Shown here piece after piece: positions 18,132 through 27,613 of a DNA stretch of 64,000 bases; position 1 is the first letter of the stretch; each line of letters begins with the position of its first letter. This stretch comes from Thermoplasmatales archaeon SW_10_69_26 (GTDB taxonomy: Archaea; Thermoplasmatota; SW-10-69-26), in the NCBI GenBank assembly GCA_003009755.1, contig PXUB01000029.1, forward strand, positions 13,946-77,945, read 5' to 3'. A program made the translations under genes and the position numbers. The notes under the pieces were generated by a model. That model saw only the letters and a program-made list of their open reading frames with translations. It was not told the origin of the DNA and did not search any database.

Positions 18132-19289
18132 TCAACCTCTGTCGACCACGAGCAGGTGGATCGTCAACCGGCCGTGCTTGACGGTCTCGTCCTCGGCGAC
18201 CGTCAACCCGCGCTCGTCGGCGATGCGGTGGACGAGGTCGGCTTTCGGCGTTAACAGGCCGATCCTGCCGTCGTCGGCGAGGCTGGCGAGGCCGGCATCG
18301 ATGAGGTCCCGGTAGGTGTCCGCGAGCGGGGCCTCGCCCGAGCGGATGCCGTAGGGTGGGTTGGTGGCGACGAGCTCGGCGTCGTCGACGTGGTCGGGAA
18401 GTTGGCGGGCGTCGCCGGCGTAGGTGTCCACGAGGTCCGCGACGCCGGCGGCCTCGAGGTTGCGTTGGGCGCCCTCGACGTGGTTGGGGGCGTGGTCGCC
18501 GAGCACGAAGGCGGGCGCTTGCTCGCGGTCGACGAAGGCCTCCGGCGCGCCCAGGTTGGCCTGGTGCTCGGCGAGCGCGGGGGCGTGCCAGGCGAGCAGC
18601 TCGTCGCCGCGCAACCGCATCGGGGACAGGCCCAGCGCCCGGCCGACGGCCTCGGTGACGAGCGTGCCGCCGCCGGCCATCGGGTCGGCGAACGGGCCCC
18701 TCGCGCGGTGGTCGGCCAGCTCGAGCAACGCGGCGGCCAGGGAGGCTTTCATGCCGGCGGGGTGGTCGTAGTCGCGGTAGCTGCGTCGGTGCAGGCCGGC
18801 TTGGCCGGCCAGGTCAAGCCACAGGCGGGTGTGGCCGGCGTCGTCCACGTGCACGCGGACGATCGCGTCGGGGGCCTCGAGGTCGACGGGAGGTCGGGTG
18901 CCGAGCTCGGTCGCGAGGTGGTCGTGCAGGCGGTCGCCGACGCGGGCGGCCAGCTCCATGCTGGTGAACTCGTGGTCGCCGGTGCGGTGGCCGCGCACGG
19001 CGAAGGGGCCCTCGGCGAACCACGGGTCGACGTCGATCTCGTCCACGAGCGCGTCGAGCCCGTCCCAGGGGTCGTCGGGATCGAGCGAGCCGGCGGCCAG
19101 GACGAGACCGAGCCGGTGCAAGGTGCGCAGGCGGCCGATCGCGTCGGCGAGGTCGAGGGGTCCGTCGACGGTGAAGGTGGTCCAGCCGGCGTTGTCGAGC
19201 GCGTCGTCGACGGGGGTGAAGCCGTTGCGCTCGAGCTCGCGGTGGACGACGGGCCGGAGGCCGGGCGCGATCGTGGCGCAGGCGCGCAC
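18132..19289 (-). CDS. THUMP-domain RNA methyltransferase (Trm14/RlmL-like)
   Basis: FAVRG.RTG.HEFTS THUMP, LHRRSYR.YDHPA, DPMAGGGT, TNPPYG. Confidence 0.88.
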   Translation of the reverse strand: MRACATIAPGLRPVVHRELERNGFTPVDDALDNAGWTTFTVDGPLDLADAIGRLRTLHRLGLVLAAGSLDPDDPWDGLDALVDEIDVDPWFAEGPFAVRGHRTGDHEFTSMELAARVGDRLHDHLATELGTRPPVDLEAPDAIVRVHVDDAGHTRLWLDLAGQAGLHRRSYRDYDHPAGMKASLAAALLELADHRARGPFADPMAGGGTLVTEAVGRALGLSPMRLRGDELLAWHAPALAEHQANLGAPEAFVDREQAPAFVLGDHAPNHVEGAQRNLEAAGVADLVDTYAGDARQLPDHVDDAELVATNPPYGIRSGEAPLADTYRDLIDAGLASLADDGRIGLLTPKADLVHRIADERGLTVAEDETVKHGRLTIHLLVVDRG

Positions 19290-19637
19290 AGCGCGGGCAA
19301 CGGGGGCCCCGGCAAGAAGGCCTCGGTTGCGGGGCCCACGATCGTCCGCCTGCACCGCCAAGCGTGCCTGAACCGCCTTGTGCGGGTCCTCGGGGGAGGC
19401 GGCTCGGGAGGGCCGAGGTGACGGCGATCCCGGTCTTCGGTCACCCGACCCTCGTCGGGCTCGCCGCGTTCGCCGGCGTGGGCGTCGTGGCCCTCGTCGG
19501 TCGGCAGCGCTGAGGGGACCGACCCTCCGCGTAGCCGCGGGCTCGGCCCACGGCCTCCCACCGTCTGCCGTCCTCTCGCGACCTCGTCGCCGGCCAGGAC
19601 CCGGTGGCTCTTAGGAGGCGAGGGGATTGGGCCCACG

Positions 19638-20180
19638 ATGCGCGTCGTCGCGACGACGGGGATGCCCGGTTCCGGCAAGTCGTTGGCCGTGGACGTGGCC
19701 GAGGAGCTGGGCTTCGAGATCGTCGCCATGGGTGATCTCGTCCGGGAGGAGACCTGCAAGCGGGGGCTGCCGGCCGACCCGGAGAGCTTCGGCCAGGTCG
19801 CCAGCGAGGTCCGCGAGGACGAGGGCCCGGGAGCCTGGGCCAAGCCGACGGCCGACCGCGTGGCCTCGCTCGAGGCCGAGGGCGCGCTCGTCGACGGGCT
19901 GCGCAACCTCGAAGAGTTGGAGATTCTGCGCGAGGAGCTGGGTCGGCACGTGCCCGTGATCGCGGTGCTGGCCTCGCCGGAGACCCGCTACCGGCGCATG
20001 CTGGCGCGGGGCCGTGCCGAGGACGCCGAGAGCGAGGACGAGCTGCACGAGCGCGACCTGCGCGAGCTGGGCTACGGGCTCGGCGACGTGATCGCGATGG
20101 CCGACGTCTACGTCGACAACGAGGGCGATCCCGCCCAGACGAAGGCCACGCTGCGCGGCGTGCTGGGCGACGAAGGCTAG
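19638..20180 (+). CDS. archaeal nucleotide kinase (dephospho-CoA kinase-like, UPF0200)
   Basis: GMPGSGKS, MGDLVREE, VDGLRN, ERDLRELGYGLG. Confidence 0.85.
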   Translation: MRVVATTGMPGSGKSLAVDVAEELGFEIVAMGDLVREETCKRGLPADPESFGQVASEVREDEGPGAWAKPTADRVASLEAEGALVDGLRNLEELEILREELGRHVPVIAVLASPETRYRRMLARGRAEDAESEDELHERDLRELGYGLGDVIAMADVYVDNEGDPAQTKATLRGVLGDEG

Positions 20181-20199
20181 ATCGAACCCATGGCGTTGG

Positions 20200-20440
20200 G
20201 TCTCCCGGAAATCCCGCAACGTTTCCATGAACCGTTTGGCATCGTGGTAGGGATTGGTCCCGGGGCCGATATCCGCGACGACCGCCCGTGCAGGCGGCTC
20301 GGTCTCTTCGTTCGTCGCCCCCTCGCTCTGGGGCGACTCCGTCGCCGCTGGGGGTCCCTCCTCTCCGCCGATGCATCCCGCGAGGCCAGCCACCGCGAAA
20401 GCGGCGACCAGCATCGAGAGGCGAAGCGTAGAGAGGGGCC
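20200..20440 (-). pseudogene. internally deleted paralog of the adjacent S8 peptidase
   Basis: Lipobox LAGC + RAVVADIGPGTNPYH fused directly to AKRFM...RDFRET, matching the two ends of 20566-21939. Confidence 0.85.
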
Positions 20441-20565
20441 CGCGAGGGCCTCTCGGCCGACCCGTTAACACATCGTTGCAGAACCGCGCAGCCTCGGACT
20501 TGCGTATTCACTGGTCGGTAGAAGAACGCTGCCCACCTGTCCTACAAAAAGGGACAAGACTCCCC

Positions 20566-21939
20566 TCACGACTCGGATTCATTCGGCCACGGGTACAGTG
20601 TCTCGCGGAAATCCCGGAAAGCCTGCATGAACCGCTTGGCATTCTCGGACTTCTCCGGCAGCTCGCCGTTCCCCAAGACCACGTTCAACGCCCTCTCGGT
20701 CTCGTTGTCTCCCACGTATCCCCAACCCATCTGCACGTAGGGGCCCGGACCAGCGGGGGTTCTGAGCTGGGTTCCACACTCGTGCCTGTAGTCGCCCGTT
20801 TCGAAGTACGTTGCGGAGTGGTGGATCGCGGTTCGTAGCTCGGGCAACTGCAGGCGTCCGTCTGCCAAGGGCGAGTCCGGGACCGGGCTCCCCTTCCACA
20901 TCGTGGCGTTCTCCGAGTTCGAAGGCGGACCAGGGCCCTGAGACCGACGGAGCTCGAGGAGCAGCTCGCCGAGCTCGCCGGCGATCTGAGGGGCCGCGAA
21001 CGAGGTTCCGGATATGTTGGATCTTGCGGTCACGTGCGCGGGCTCGGGCAAGCGCTGGGTGAAATCGCCGACCACCTCCGGCGGTTTACCCGCCAGGCTC
21101 TCACTGCTATCGCATTCGGGGTGGGCTCCCCCAGCCAGATAGACCCAGGGTGGGAACTGGACCTCGGCAAGCGGGAACGGGTTCACATTCGGTCGGAACC
21201 CGGTCACGACCTGGTTGCCGGAGAAGGCCACGAACGGGGTCCCTGACTCCCAAACTTCGTACGTCGCCTCTGCGAACTCGCGATCCCCCTGGAAGGCGGT
21301 CTCGCTCCGATCCCCGAGAAGGAAGCTCGAGGTGGCGACGTCCACGTAGGTGAGGTTTCGAGCCATTTCCCGGACTGATCCGCCATCGAGACTGTTGCCA
21401 TCTTGGACAGCCAGGACGTAGCAGCGCTGGCAGGCATCGTTCACCGCCCCCGCCGTTGCCGCCCCGTGGGAACCCGTGCCGTCGTCCGAAGCTCGGCCGG
21501 TCGGTTGTTCCGAACACCTTACACCCTGGTCCTCACAGTCCCACGGCCGCGCCGTCCACAGGAGAAGGTTGGTTTGCTCGACCCAGTAGACCTGCCCGCG
21601 TTCGTAGGCCTCCCAGACCTTCTCGTCGGCTCGGAGGTTCTCGGTGTAGTCCCCCGAGAACGTCAGGTTCAACGTCGGGATCGAGCACGGCAGACCCGGC
21701 ACGCTGTGACAGGGATGCGCCGTCCAGTTCGGGCGGCGGAACGCCTCGTGGTAGGGATTCGTGCCCGGCCCGATGTCCGCGACGACCGCGCGCTCGGGCG
21801 CATCCGGTGCGGCTTGCGTATCGTTGGTGGAGGGCTCGACGGGTGTTGTCGAATTGGTCTCCGTGCCGACGCAGCCGCTCAGCGCGGACCCGACAAGCAA
21901 CGCCGCGATCAGCACAGGCACCCAGCTCTCGGAGGCCAC
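20566..21939 (-). CDS. subtilase (S8)-like lipoprotein peptidase
   Basis: Lipobox LSGC; VVADIG (Asp), SHGAATA (His), SGN, SGTSFAAP (Ser). Confidence 0.8.
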   Translation of the reverse strand: MASESWVPVLIAALLVGSALSGCVGTETNSTTPVEPSTNDTQAAPDAPERAVVADIGPGTNPYHEAFRRPNWTAHPCHSVPGLPCSIPTLNLTFSGDYTENLRADEKVWEAYERGQVYWVEQTNLLLWTARPWDCEDQGVRCSEQPTGRASDDGTGSHGAATAGAVNDACQRCYVLAVQDGNSLDGGSVREMARNLTYVDVATSSFLLGDRSETAFQGDREFAEATYEVWESGTPFVAFSGNQVVTGFRPNVNPFPLAEVQFPPWVYLAGGAHPECDSSESLAGKPPEVVGDFTQRLPEPAHVTARSNISGTSFAAPQIAGELGELLLELRRSQGPGPPSNSENATMWKGSPVPDSPLADGRLQLPELRTAIHHSATYFETGDYRHECGTQLRTPAGPGPYVQMGWGYVGDNETERALNVVLGNGELPEKSENAKRFMQAFRDFRETLYPWPNESES

Positions 21940-22113
21940 TGTAGCTCTCAAATAGTTCAAAGAACCGTATGAACTTTCCGTACGACCTCTTGTCGGACGG
22001 GATACCCGCCGGGGAGGACTGTCCCCGGCGGACCCGTCTCCACGCCTCTGTAGCCCGAACTCCCGGAAGTTGCCCGACGTGGAAGCCATCCACCAGTGAG
22101 CCTCGGCCGCCGG

Positions 22114-22929
22114 TCACACGGGGTCCGGCACCGGTCGGGCCGCCCGCGCCGTCGACAGCGCCCACGCGACCCCACCCCAGGCGAGGTAGGCCAGCAGGCC
22201 GGCGGCCACGAGCGGCAGGTGGGGCAACGACAGGTGCAGGCCGAGCAGGAACGCGCCGGCGGCGGCCACGCCGTCGGGCACGCTGGCGGCCTGGTCGAAG
22301 GCGTCCTGCGGGTCGAGCACGAGCGCCCCGCCGACGACGATCGTCGTCACGTTGGCGGGGAACACGGACGCGATCCCGCCCCACACCGGGCCCAGCAGGT
22401 CGGCCGCCAGCGTCGCCGCCAGCACGAGCAAGCCCCCGACGAGCGCCGGCACCCCGTAGCGGAGCACCGCGCCCCCGGCGACCCCCGGCGACCGGGAGGA
22501 CAGTCCCGGCTGGGCGGCCCGGGCCCGGCGGACGGCGAGCACCGAGAACGCGTAGGCGAGCCCGACGAGGCCCAGGTTCAGGCCCAAGGCCAACCCGGCC
22601 CCGGCCCACAGGTAGGGCCCCACGATGGCCGCGTAGACCGCCAGGCCGCCGGCCAGCGCCCCCCAGGGGTGATCGGGGCCGCGAGCGAGCAGCAGGGCCA
22701 GCGCGGTCGCGTAAACGATCACGGCCGCGATCCCGAACAGGGACGAGACCGCCGTCTCGGCCGCGAAGGCGCCGCCGTGCTCGTAGGCGATGACGAACAG
22801 GCTGACGGCCGAGGTCTTCGGCACGGCGCTGACGACCCCGCCGACGCGAGCGTCCACGTTGTCGCTGATCCAGAGGGCGAGCCCGACGACGGTCGCGCCG
22901 AGGGCGAAGCGGACGAGCAGGGCGAGCAC
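22114..22929 (-). CDS. multi-pass membrane protein (internally duplicated, DUF3147-like)
   Basis: Two repeats of GG..S..P...; about 8 TM helices. Confidence 0.7.
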   Translation of the reverse strand: MLALLVRFALGATVVGLALWISDNVDARVGGVVSAVPKTSAVSLFVIAYEHGGAFAAETAVSSLFGIAAVIVYATALALLLARGPDHPWGALAGGLAVYAAIVGPYLWAGAGLALGLNLGLVGLAYAFSVLAVRRARAAQPGLSSRSPGVAGGAVLRYGVPALVGGLLVLAATLAADLLGPVWGGIASVFPANVTTIVVGGALVLDPQDAFDQAASVPDGVAAAGAFLLGLHLSLPHLPLVAAGLLAYLAWGGVAWALSTARAARPVPDPV

Positions 22930-22956
22930 GTGGCAGCCGCCTTCAACCAGCCCAGC

Positions 22957-24108
22957 CTAAAGCCTTGGGTCTCGTGCAGTCGAGGGCCGATCGCGGCTCG
23001 GGGCGCCGGTCGAGAGCGCAACGTTTCCCAGCCCACGGCGAGCTCCGAACCCGTGCGAGGCCTGGGCCCGAGTGGGGCTGGCGAGAGACGCGAGGGACCC
23101 CCGACCCGTGAGGAGGGACCGGCGGGCGAGGAGCCCCCGGGCGCTCACCCCGGCGCCGGTCTGCAGGGCCGTCTCCATGAGCTCGTCGATCTCGGGGTCC
23201 TTGGCGAGCTCGTCGGCGACGAGCAGCGTCTCGACGGCGCCGAGGTCGAGCGCGTGCTCGACCTGGTCGGGGCCGTAGGTGGCCAGGCCGTCGGTGCCGA
23301 TGCGTTCGAGCAGCTCCTCGACGGCTTGGGTCTCCTCGCTGATGCGCGAGGACTCGGCGACCTGTTCGACGAGGCCGCGGTTCATCGCCTCGTGCACGCC
23401 CCGCATGCCGGGGTGGGCGGCGGCCTCGGTCACGATCTGCTCGACGCCCTCGACGGGGTCGTCCTCGAGGTAGGTGACGAAGTGCTCGCGCGCGAACCCG
23501 GGCCCGACGATGATCAGCGGGCAGTCGTCGGGGGCGGTCGTGGCCAGCACGTTGCGGATCGCCTCGTGGTAGGCCTTGTCGTCGCGCTCGGCGTCGTACA
23601 TCTTGCCGCCGCCGTGCCGGGTCTGGGTGGCGATCTCGCGGGGCCCGAACTGGTGGAGCACGGCCACGGTGGCCTCCTCGTCGTCCATGGCGACGATCAC
23701 GACCGTGGGCTCGGTGGTGGCTTCGACGGCCTCGTCGACGCGTTCGAGCTGGTGCTGGGGCCAGCCCTCGGGTTTGAAGATCTCGACCCAGTCGTGCTCC
23801 TCGAGGCTGATCGTGTGGTGGGTGCCGCGGGCGACCTCCTCGGGGCCTTCCTCGATGACGCCGAGCACGCGCAGGCGCTGGGTGGCCTCGTGGAACTCGA
23901 CGCTTTCGACGTCGATGCCGAGGGTGACGGTGACGCGCTGGGATTCCTTGTCGCGCACCATGTCGCGGTCGTCCTCCAGGCGGCGGTCGGTGACACCGCG
24001 CACGCGGTCGCCGGGGCGGATGATGTGGGACAGGTGCCACAGGTCGTCCATCCGGTCGACGCGCAGCTTGATGCGCCCGGTGTCCTTGTCCTGCTCGAGG
24101 ACCTTCAC
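22957..24108 (-). CDS. pelA: Pelota (Dom34) ribosome rescue factor with aberrant C-terminus
   Basis: DDLWHLSHII.PGD, LRVLGVI, HHTI, GPGF, YG..V..AL..GAVETLLV; final conserved segment missing. Confidence 0.9.
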   Translation of the reverse strand: MKVLEQDKDTGRIKLRVDRMDDLWHLSHIIRPGDRVRGVTDRRLEDDRDMVRDKESQRVTVTLGIDVESVEFHEATQRLRVLGVIEEGPEEVARGTHHTISLEEHDWVEIFKPEGWPQHQLERVDEAVEATTEPTVVIVAMDDEEATVAVLHQFGPREIATQTRHGGGKMYDAERDDKAYHEAIRNVLATTAPDDCPLIIVGPGFAREHFVTYLEDDPVEGVEQIVTEAAAHPGMRGVHEAMNRGLVEQVAESSRISEETQAVEELLERIGTDGLATYGPDQVEHALDLGAVETLLVADELAKDPEIDELMETALQTGAGVSARGLLARRSLLTGRGSLASLASPTRAQASHGFGARRGLGNVALSTGAPSRDRPSTARDPRL

Positions 24109-26117
24109 TGGTCCACCTCGGACAGCGCCTGCTCGTTGATGCCTTTCGAGCGGACGATGCGCAGGTCGCCGGGCGGGAGCACGCGTTGGATCTCCTCGAC
24201 GGGGACGTCGAACAGCTCGGAGAGGATCGAGGCGAGCTTGCCGGGGCGGGTGTTGCCGGGCTCGAGCACGAGGTAGCTCTCGGAGTGGTGCTCGACGCTG
24301 GCGACGGGGCCGCCCATGATCTTGAGGTGGCCATCGTGGCGGACGCGGCCGACCCCGATCTGGACCGGGGCGCGGATGTGGTTGCGGGTGCCGCGGATCA
24401 TGAACGAGCCGGTGGGCAGGTACTCGCCGGACTCGGGCGTCTTCGAGACCTGGGGTGGGGTGACCCAGTAGGCGGTGCCGCGGCCGACCTTGTTCGTCCA
24501 GGCCTTCGAGTAGGAGACGGCGAACTGGGCGGCCTCGGTCAGGGCTTCCTCGGGCACGTCCCCGTCCTCGGCTTTGATGACGACGCTGGGGGCGCCGGGT
24601 TCGCTGCTGTGGACGTAGCGGTCGTCGTTCTCGAGGTGCTTTTTGACGACCTTCTCGTTGCTCTTGGCGTCGCGGCCGCCGACCACGAGGTGGCCGGTGG
24701 AGGCCTTGGTCCAGCGGAACTTGTCGAACCAGAACTGCTGGGTGGGTTCGGGCTCGGCGCGCTTGGCCTCGAGCTCCTCGACGATCTCCTCACCGCGCTC
24801 CTCGACCTCCGTCAGGCGTTGCTTGGTCTCGGCCAGCGCCTTGCGAGCGCCGTCCTGCTTCTCGCGCAGCTCCTTGGCTTCCTCGTAGAGGCGCTCGGCG
24901 TTGCGGCCGACGTTGTCCTGGAAGTCGACCTCGATCTCGTGCATGGTACCCTCCCGGTCGGGCATGGCGAGCACGATGGCTCCGTTCTCGGGCTTGGGCT
25001 GGCTAAGACGGACGTTGCCGGATTCGATGTCCTCCTCGAACACCGGGCCCCAGCCCTCCTCGTCGTGCAGCTCGCGCGTGTGCTCGAGCACGGCCTCGAC
25101 GTCCTGGAAGTGGGCGTACAGCAGGTCGCCGTGGTCTTGGCTGATCTCCTCCTGCTCGGCGAACCCGCGGATCCGGTCGCCGATGTCCTCGATCTGACGC
25201 TCGAGGCGCTGTTTCATCTCCTCGACCTCGTCGAGGCGCTGGTCGCCGATGCCCTCCTCGACGTGGGGGCCGAACAGCTCGTCGTGGGCGGCCGAGAGGG
25301 TCTCGACGCGCTCCTGCTCGAGGTGGCTGTGGATCTCCAGGGGCAGCGGGGTGGCGGTCAACGGCTCGCCGTCCTCGTCGCGCACGAGCACGGGCTCGGG
25401 GTCTTCGACGACCTGATCGATCATGTCCATGACCTCGCGCGTCACGGTGGCCAGATCGTCGCTGGACAGCTCGTCGGGTTCGGCGGTCTTGGGCACGCCG
25501 GTCCGCTCGCAGACCTCCTCGGCGTAGACGGGGCCGAGGTTGCCGAGGCTGGACAGGGTGCGCACCATGTCGCTGTCGGAGTCGCGCAGCACCTCGATGT
25601 ACTGGGGCTCGGTCGCGGTGCGCGGGTTGATCTCGCTGGGCGGGTAGCGCCACTCGGCGTTGGGCCGGATCTCGCGCTCGGCCCACTCGGTGTGGATCAA
25701 CGGCAGCACGATCTCGTCGTCCTTGGCGAGGATCACGTTGCCGTCGTGGAAGCTCTGGACGATGATCTTGTACTCGCCGTCGCGCTTGCCGACGGTGAAC
25801 TCGAGGATGCGGTCGAACTCGTGTTGTTGGACGTCGAGCACGCGGCCGCCGGCGATGAACTCGCGGACCTGCTTGCTGAACTCGGGCGGTTGCTTGGGGT
25901 TGTCGCGGGAGCGGGTGGTGTGCGTGATGTAGCGGCCGAGGCCGATGGCGACGTCGTAGCGGCCCTCGCCGGGGGCGCGGAACGACAACAGGACCTCGTC
26001 GCGGCTGGGTTGGTAGCACTTGTCGAAGTTGCCGTCCACGAGCGTCTGGAACTCCCGTTCCAGGCACAGCAGGTCGAAGCCGGACATCTCGCGCTTGCGG
26101 TTGGTCACGGACGGCAC
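24105..26117 (-). CDS. rqcH: ribosome quality control factor Rqc2/RqcH (NEMF/NFACT)
   Basis: MSGFDL, FDRILEF, GNVIL, WFDKFRW, GGRDAKSNE, VSKTPESGEYLPTGSFMIRG. Confidence 0.95.
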   Translation of the reverse strand: MPSVTNRKREMSGFDLLCLEREFQTLVDGNFDKCYQPSRDEVLLSFRAPGEGRYDVAIGLGRYITHTTRSRDNPKQPPEFSKQVREFIAGGRVLDVQQHEFDRILEFTVGKRDGEYKIIVQSFHDGNVILAKDDEIVLPLIHTEWAEREIRPNAEWRYPPSEINPRTATEPQYIEVLRDSDSDMVRTLSSLGNLGPVYAEEVCERTGVPKTAEPDELSSDDLATVTREVMDMIDQVVEDPEPVLVRDEDGEPLTATPLPLEIHSHLEQERVETLSAAHDELFGPHVEEGIGDQRLDEVEEMKQRLERQIEDIGDRIRGFAEQEEISQDHGDLLYAHFQDVEAVLEHTRELHDEEGWGPVFEEDIESGNVRLSQPKPENGAIVLAMPDREGTMHEIEVDFQDNVGRNAERLYEEAKELREKQDGARKALAETKQRLTEVEERGEEIVEELEAKRAEPEPTQQFWFDKFRWTKASTGHLVVGGRDAKSNEKVVKKHLENDDRYVHSSEPGAPSVVIKAEDGDVPEEALTEAAQFAVSYSKAWTNKVGRGTAYWVTPPQVSKTPESGEYLPTGSFMIRGTRNHIRAPVQIGVGRVRHDGHLKIMGGPVASVEHHSESYLVLEPGNTRPGKLASILSELFDVPVEEIQRVLPPGDLRIVRSKGINEQALSEVDQ

Positions 26118-26160
26118 CTCCGGTGGAGGGCCCAGGCGGGCCGACGGGCGGTTGAGAGGG

Positions 26161-26364
26161 TCACTGGAAGACCATCGGGCCGACGACGAGCAGCAGGAAG
26201 CCGAGCGCGAGCAGGCCGTAGGTGATGTACATCATGCGCTTGCGCTTGTTCTCCTGCTCGGCGACCTCGTCGGCGCATTCGTCGCTGCAGGTCTCCTCGC
26301 CGAAGGGGATGGCCTTGTCGCACGTGACGCAATGGGAGTGGTTGGCTACCTTGGGGACCGCCAT
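26161..26364 (-). CDS. DUF2116-like Zn-ribbon membrane protein
   Basis: HSHCVTC...IP...CSDEC plus a C-terminal TM helix. Confidence 0.8.
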   Translation of the reverse strand: MAVPKVANHSHCVTCDKAIPFGEETCSDECADEVAEQENKRKRMMYITYGLLALGFLLLVVGPMVFQ

Positions 26365-26411
26365 CGATGGCAGTGAGCCCGCGGTCTGCCAAAAAGGCTG
26401 GGTTGGCGTAC

Positions 26412-27098
26412 TCAGGGTGCTTCGACGACCGTCGTGCCCTCGAACGCGACCCCGTCGACGGCGCTGGCGACGTTGGCTTGGTCGTCGCCGTCGACGACGC
26501 GGGTCTCGATGCCGGAGCGTTGGATGATCTGGGCGGCCAAGGGGTCGACGACGGCGGAGTGCCCGGCCTCGCGGCCGGCGCCGGTGATGCCGACGAGGTC
26601 GCTGAACGAGATCTCGTCCAGGCGGTCGGCGTCGGGATCGCGCTTGGGGTCGCTCGTGTAGACGCCGTCGACGTTCGTGACGACGACGAGGCGCTGGGCG
26701 CCCAGGCGTTCGGCGGTCATCGCGGCGACGGCGTCGGTCGTGTGCCCAGGGTGGGTGCCGCCCATGCACACGCGGTCGTAACTGCGGAGGGCGGTGGCCG
26801 CCTCGTCGAAGTCCTCGGCCGGTTTCGGATAGGCTTGGTCGCCGAAGGCGGCGACGAGCAGGCGAGCGTTGGCGCGCGTGAGCTGGATGCCCAGCTCGTC
26901 GAGGCCGGATTCGTCGAGCCCGAGCTCGCGGGCGGCCGAGATGTAGGTGCGGGCGGCCGCGCCGCCGCCGACGACGATCGCCAGCGGTGCCTCGATCCGC
27001 TCGAGCGTGGAGGCGAAGGCCTCGATCGGTGGGGCCTTCACCTGCTCGCCGGCGAGCACGCTTCCCCCGACGGAGACGACGACCGGTGGCTGGGACAC
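26412..27098 (-). CDS. pyrH: UMP kinase
   Basis: VSVGGS, VGGGAAARTYI, GGTHPGHTTDAVA, TNVDGVYTSDP. Confidence 0.95.
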   Translation of the reverse strand: MSQPPVVVSVGGSVLAGEQVKAPPIEAFASTLERIEAPLAIVVGGGAAARTYISAARELGLDESGLDELGIQLTRANARLLVAAFGDQAYPKPAEDFDEAATALRSYDRVCMGGTHPGHTTDAVAAMTAERLGAQRLVVVTNVDGVYTSDPKRDPDADRLDEISFSDLVGITGAGREAGHSAVVDPLAAQIIQRSGIETRVVDGDDQANVASAVDGVAFEGTTVVEAP

Positions 27099-27613
27099 GC
27101 GTGGTCGTATCGGCCGGGCCAAGAAAAGACTGCCGGCCTCGCGCCGCTCGTCGTGGTATCCGGTCGAGATCTCCTCGCACGCTCCACCCCCTCCTCCACC
27201 CACCGCGCAAACGATGCAACAAGGGACGGCTGGGCAAGCCGACCGAACGCCTCAGCCGGCGTCTGGAACGCCTCCCGGGCGAATCCAGGACGAGCCGTTC
27301 CTGGCTCATTCTCCGAGAACAACTACAACAGAGCCGGCGACCACCCGGGAAGCCAATTGCCGGGGGACCTCCATTGACTCCGGTCACCTCGCAACGCCAG
27401 GACCCGCCAGCCGTTCACCGAGGAGCTCAGAGGCCCACGCGCGATCCACCGGACGATGCTTCTCAATCGCTATCCAGGGGACATGACCTATCCGATGCGG
27501 GTCCGCCAGAGAGATCGTTTCGGGAGCGACCTAACGAGTCCCTGGTCTTTATTCGGCTGAGTCCGGTGGCTGGAATGTGAGGGGTCGTACCCATTCGCTA
27601 TATCGTTCTCATC

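Noticed and set aside
19418-19513. 32 aa hydrophobic peptide (IPVFG...VGRQR) resembling a C-terminal sorting signal
   Set aside because: Too short, with no attached domain; cannot distinguish remnant from chance
27100-27570. Possible ncRNA in a long intergenic region
   Set aside because: No SRP, RNase P or box C/D signatures recognised; only a short AGACTGCCGGCC match to family 3
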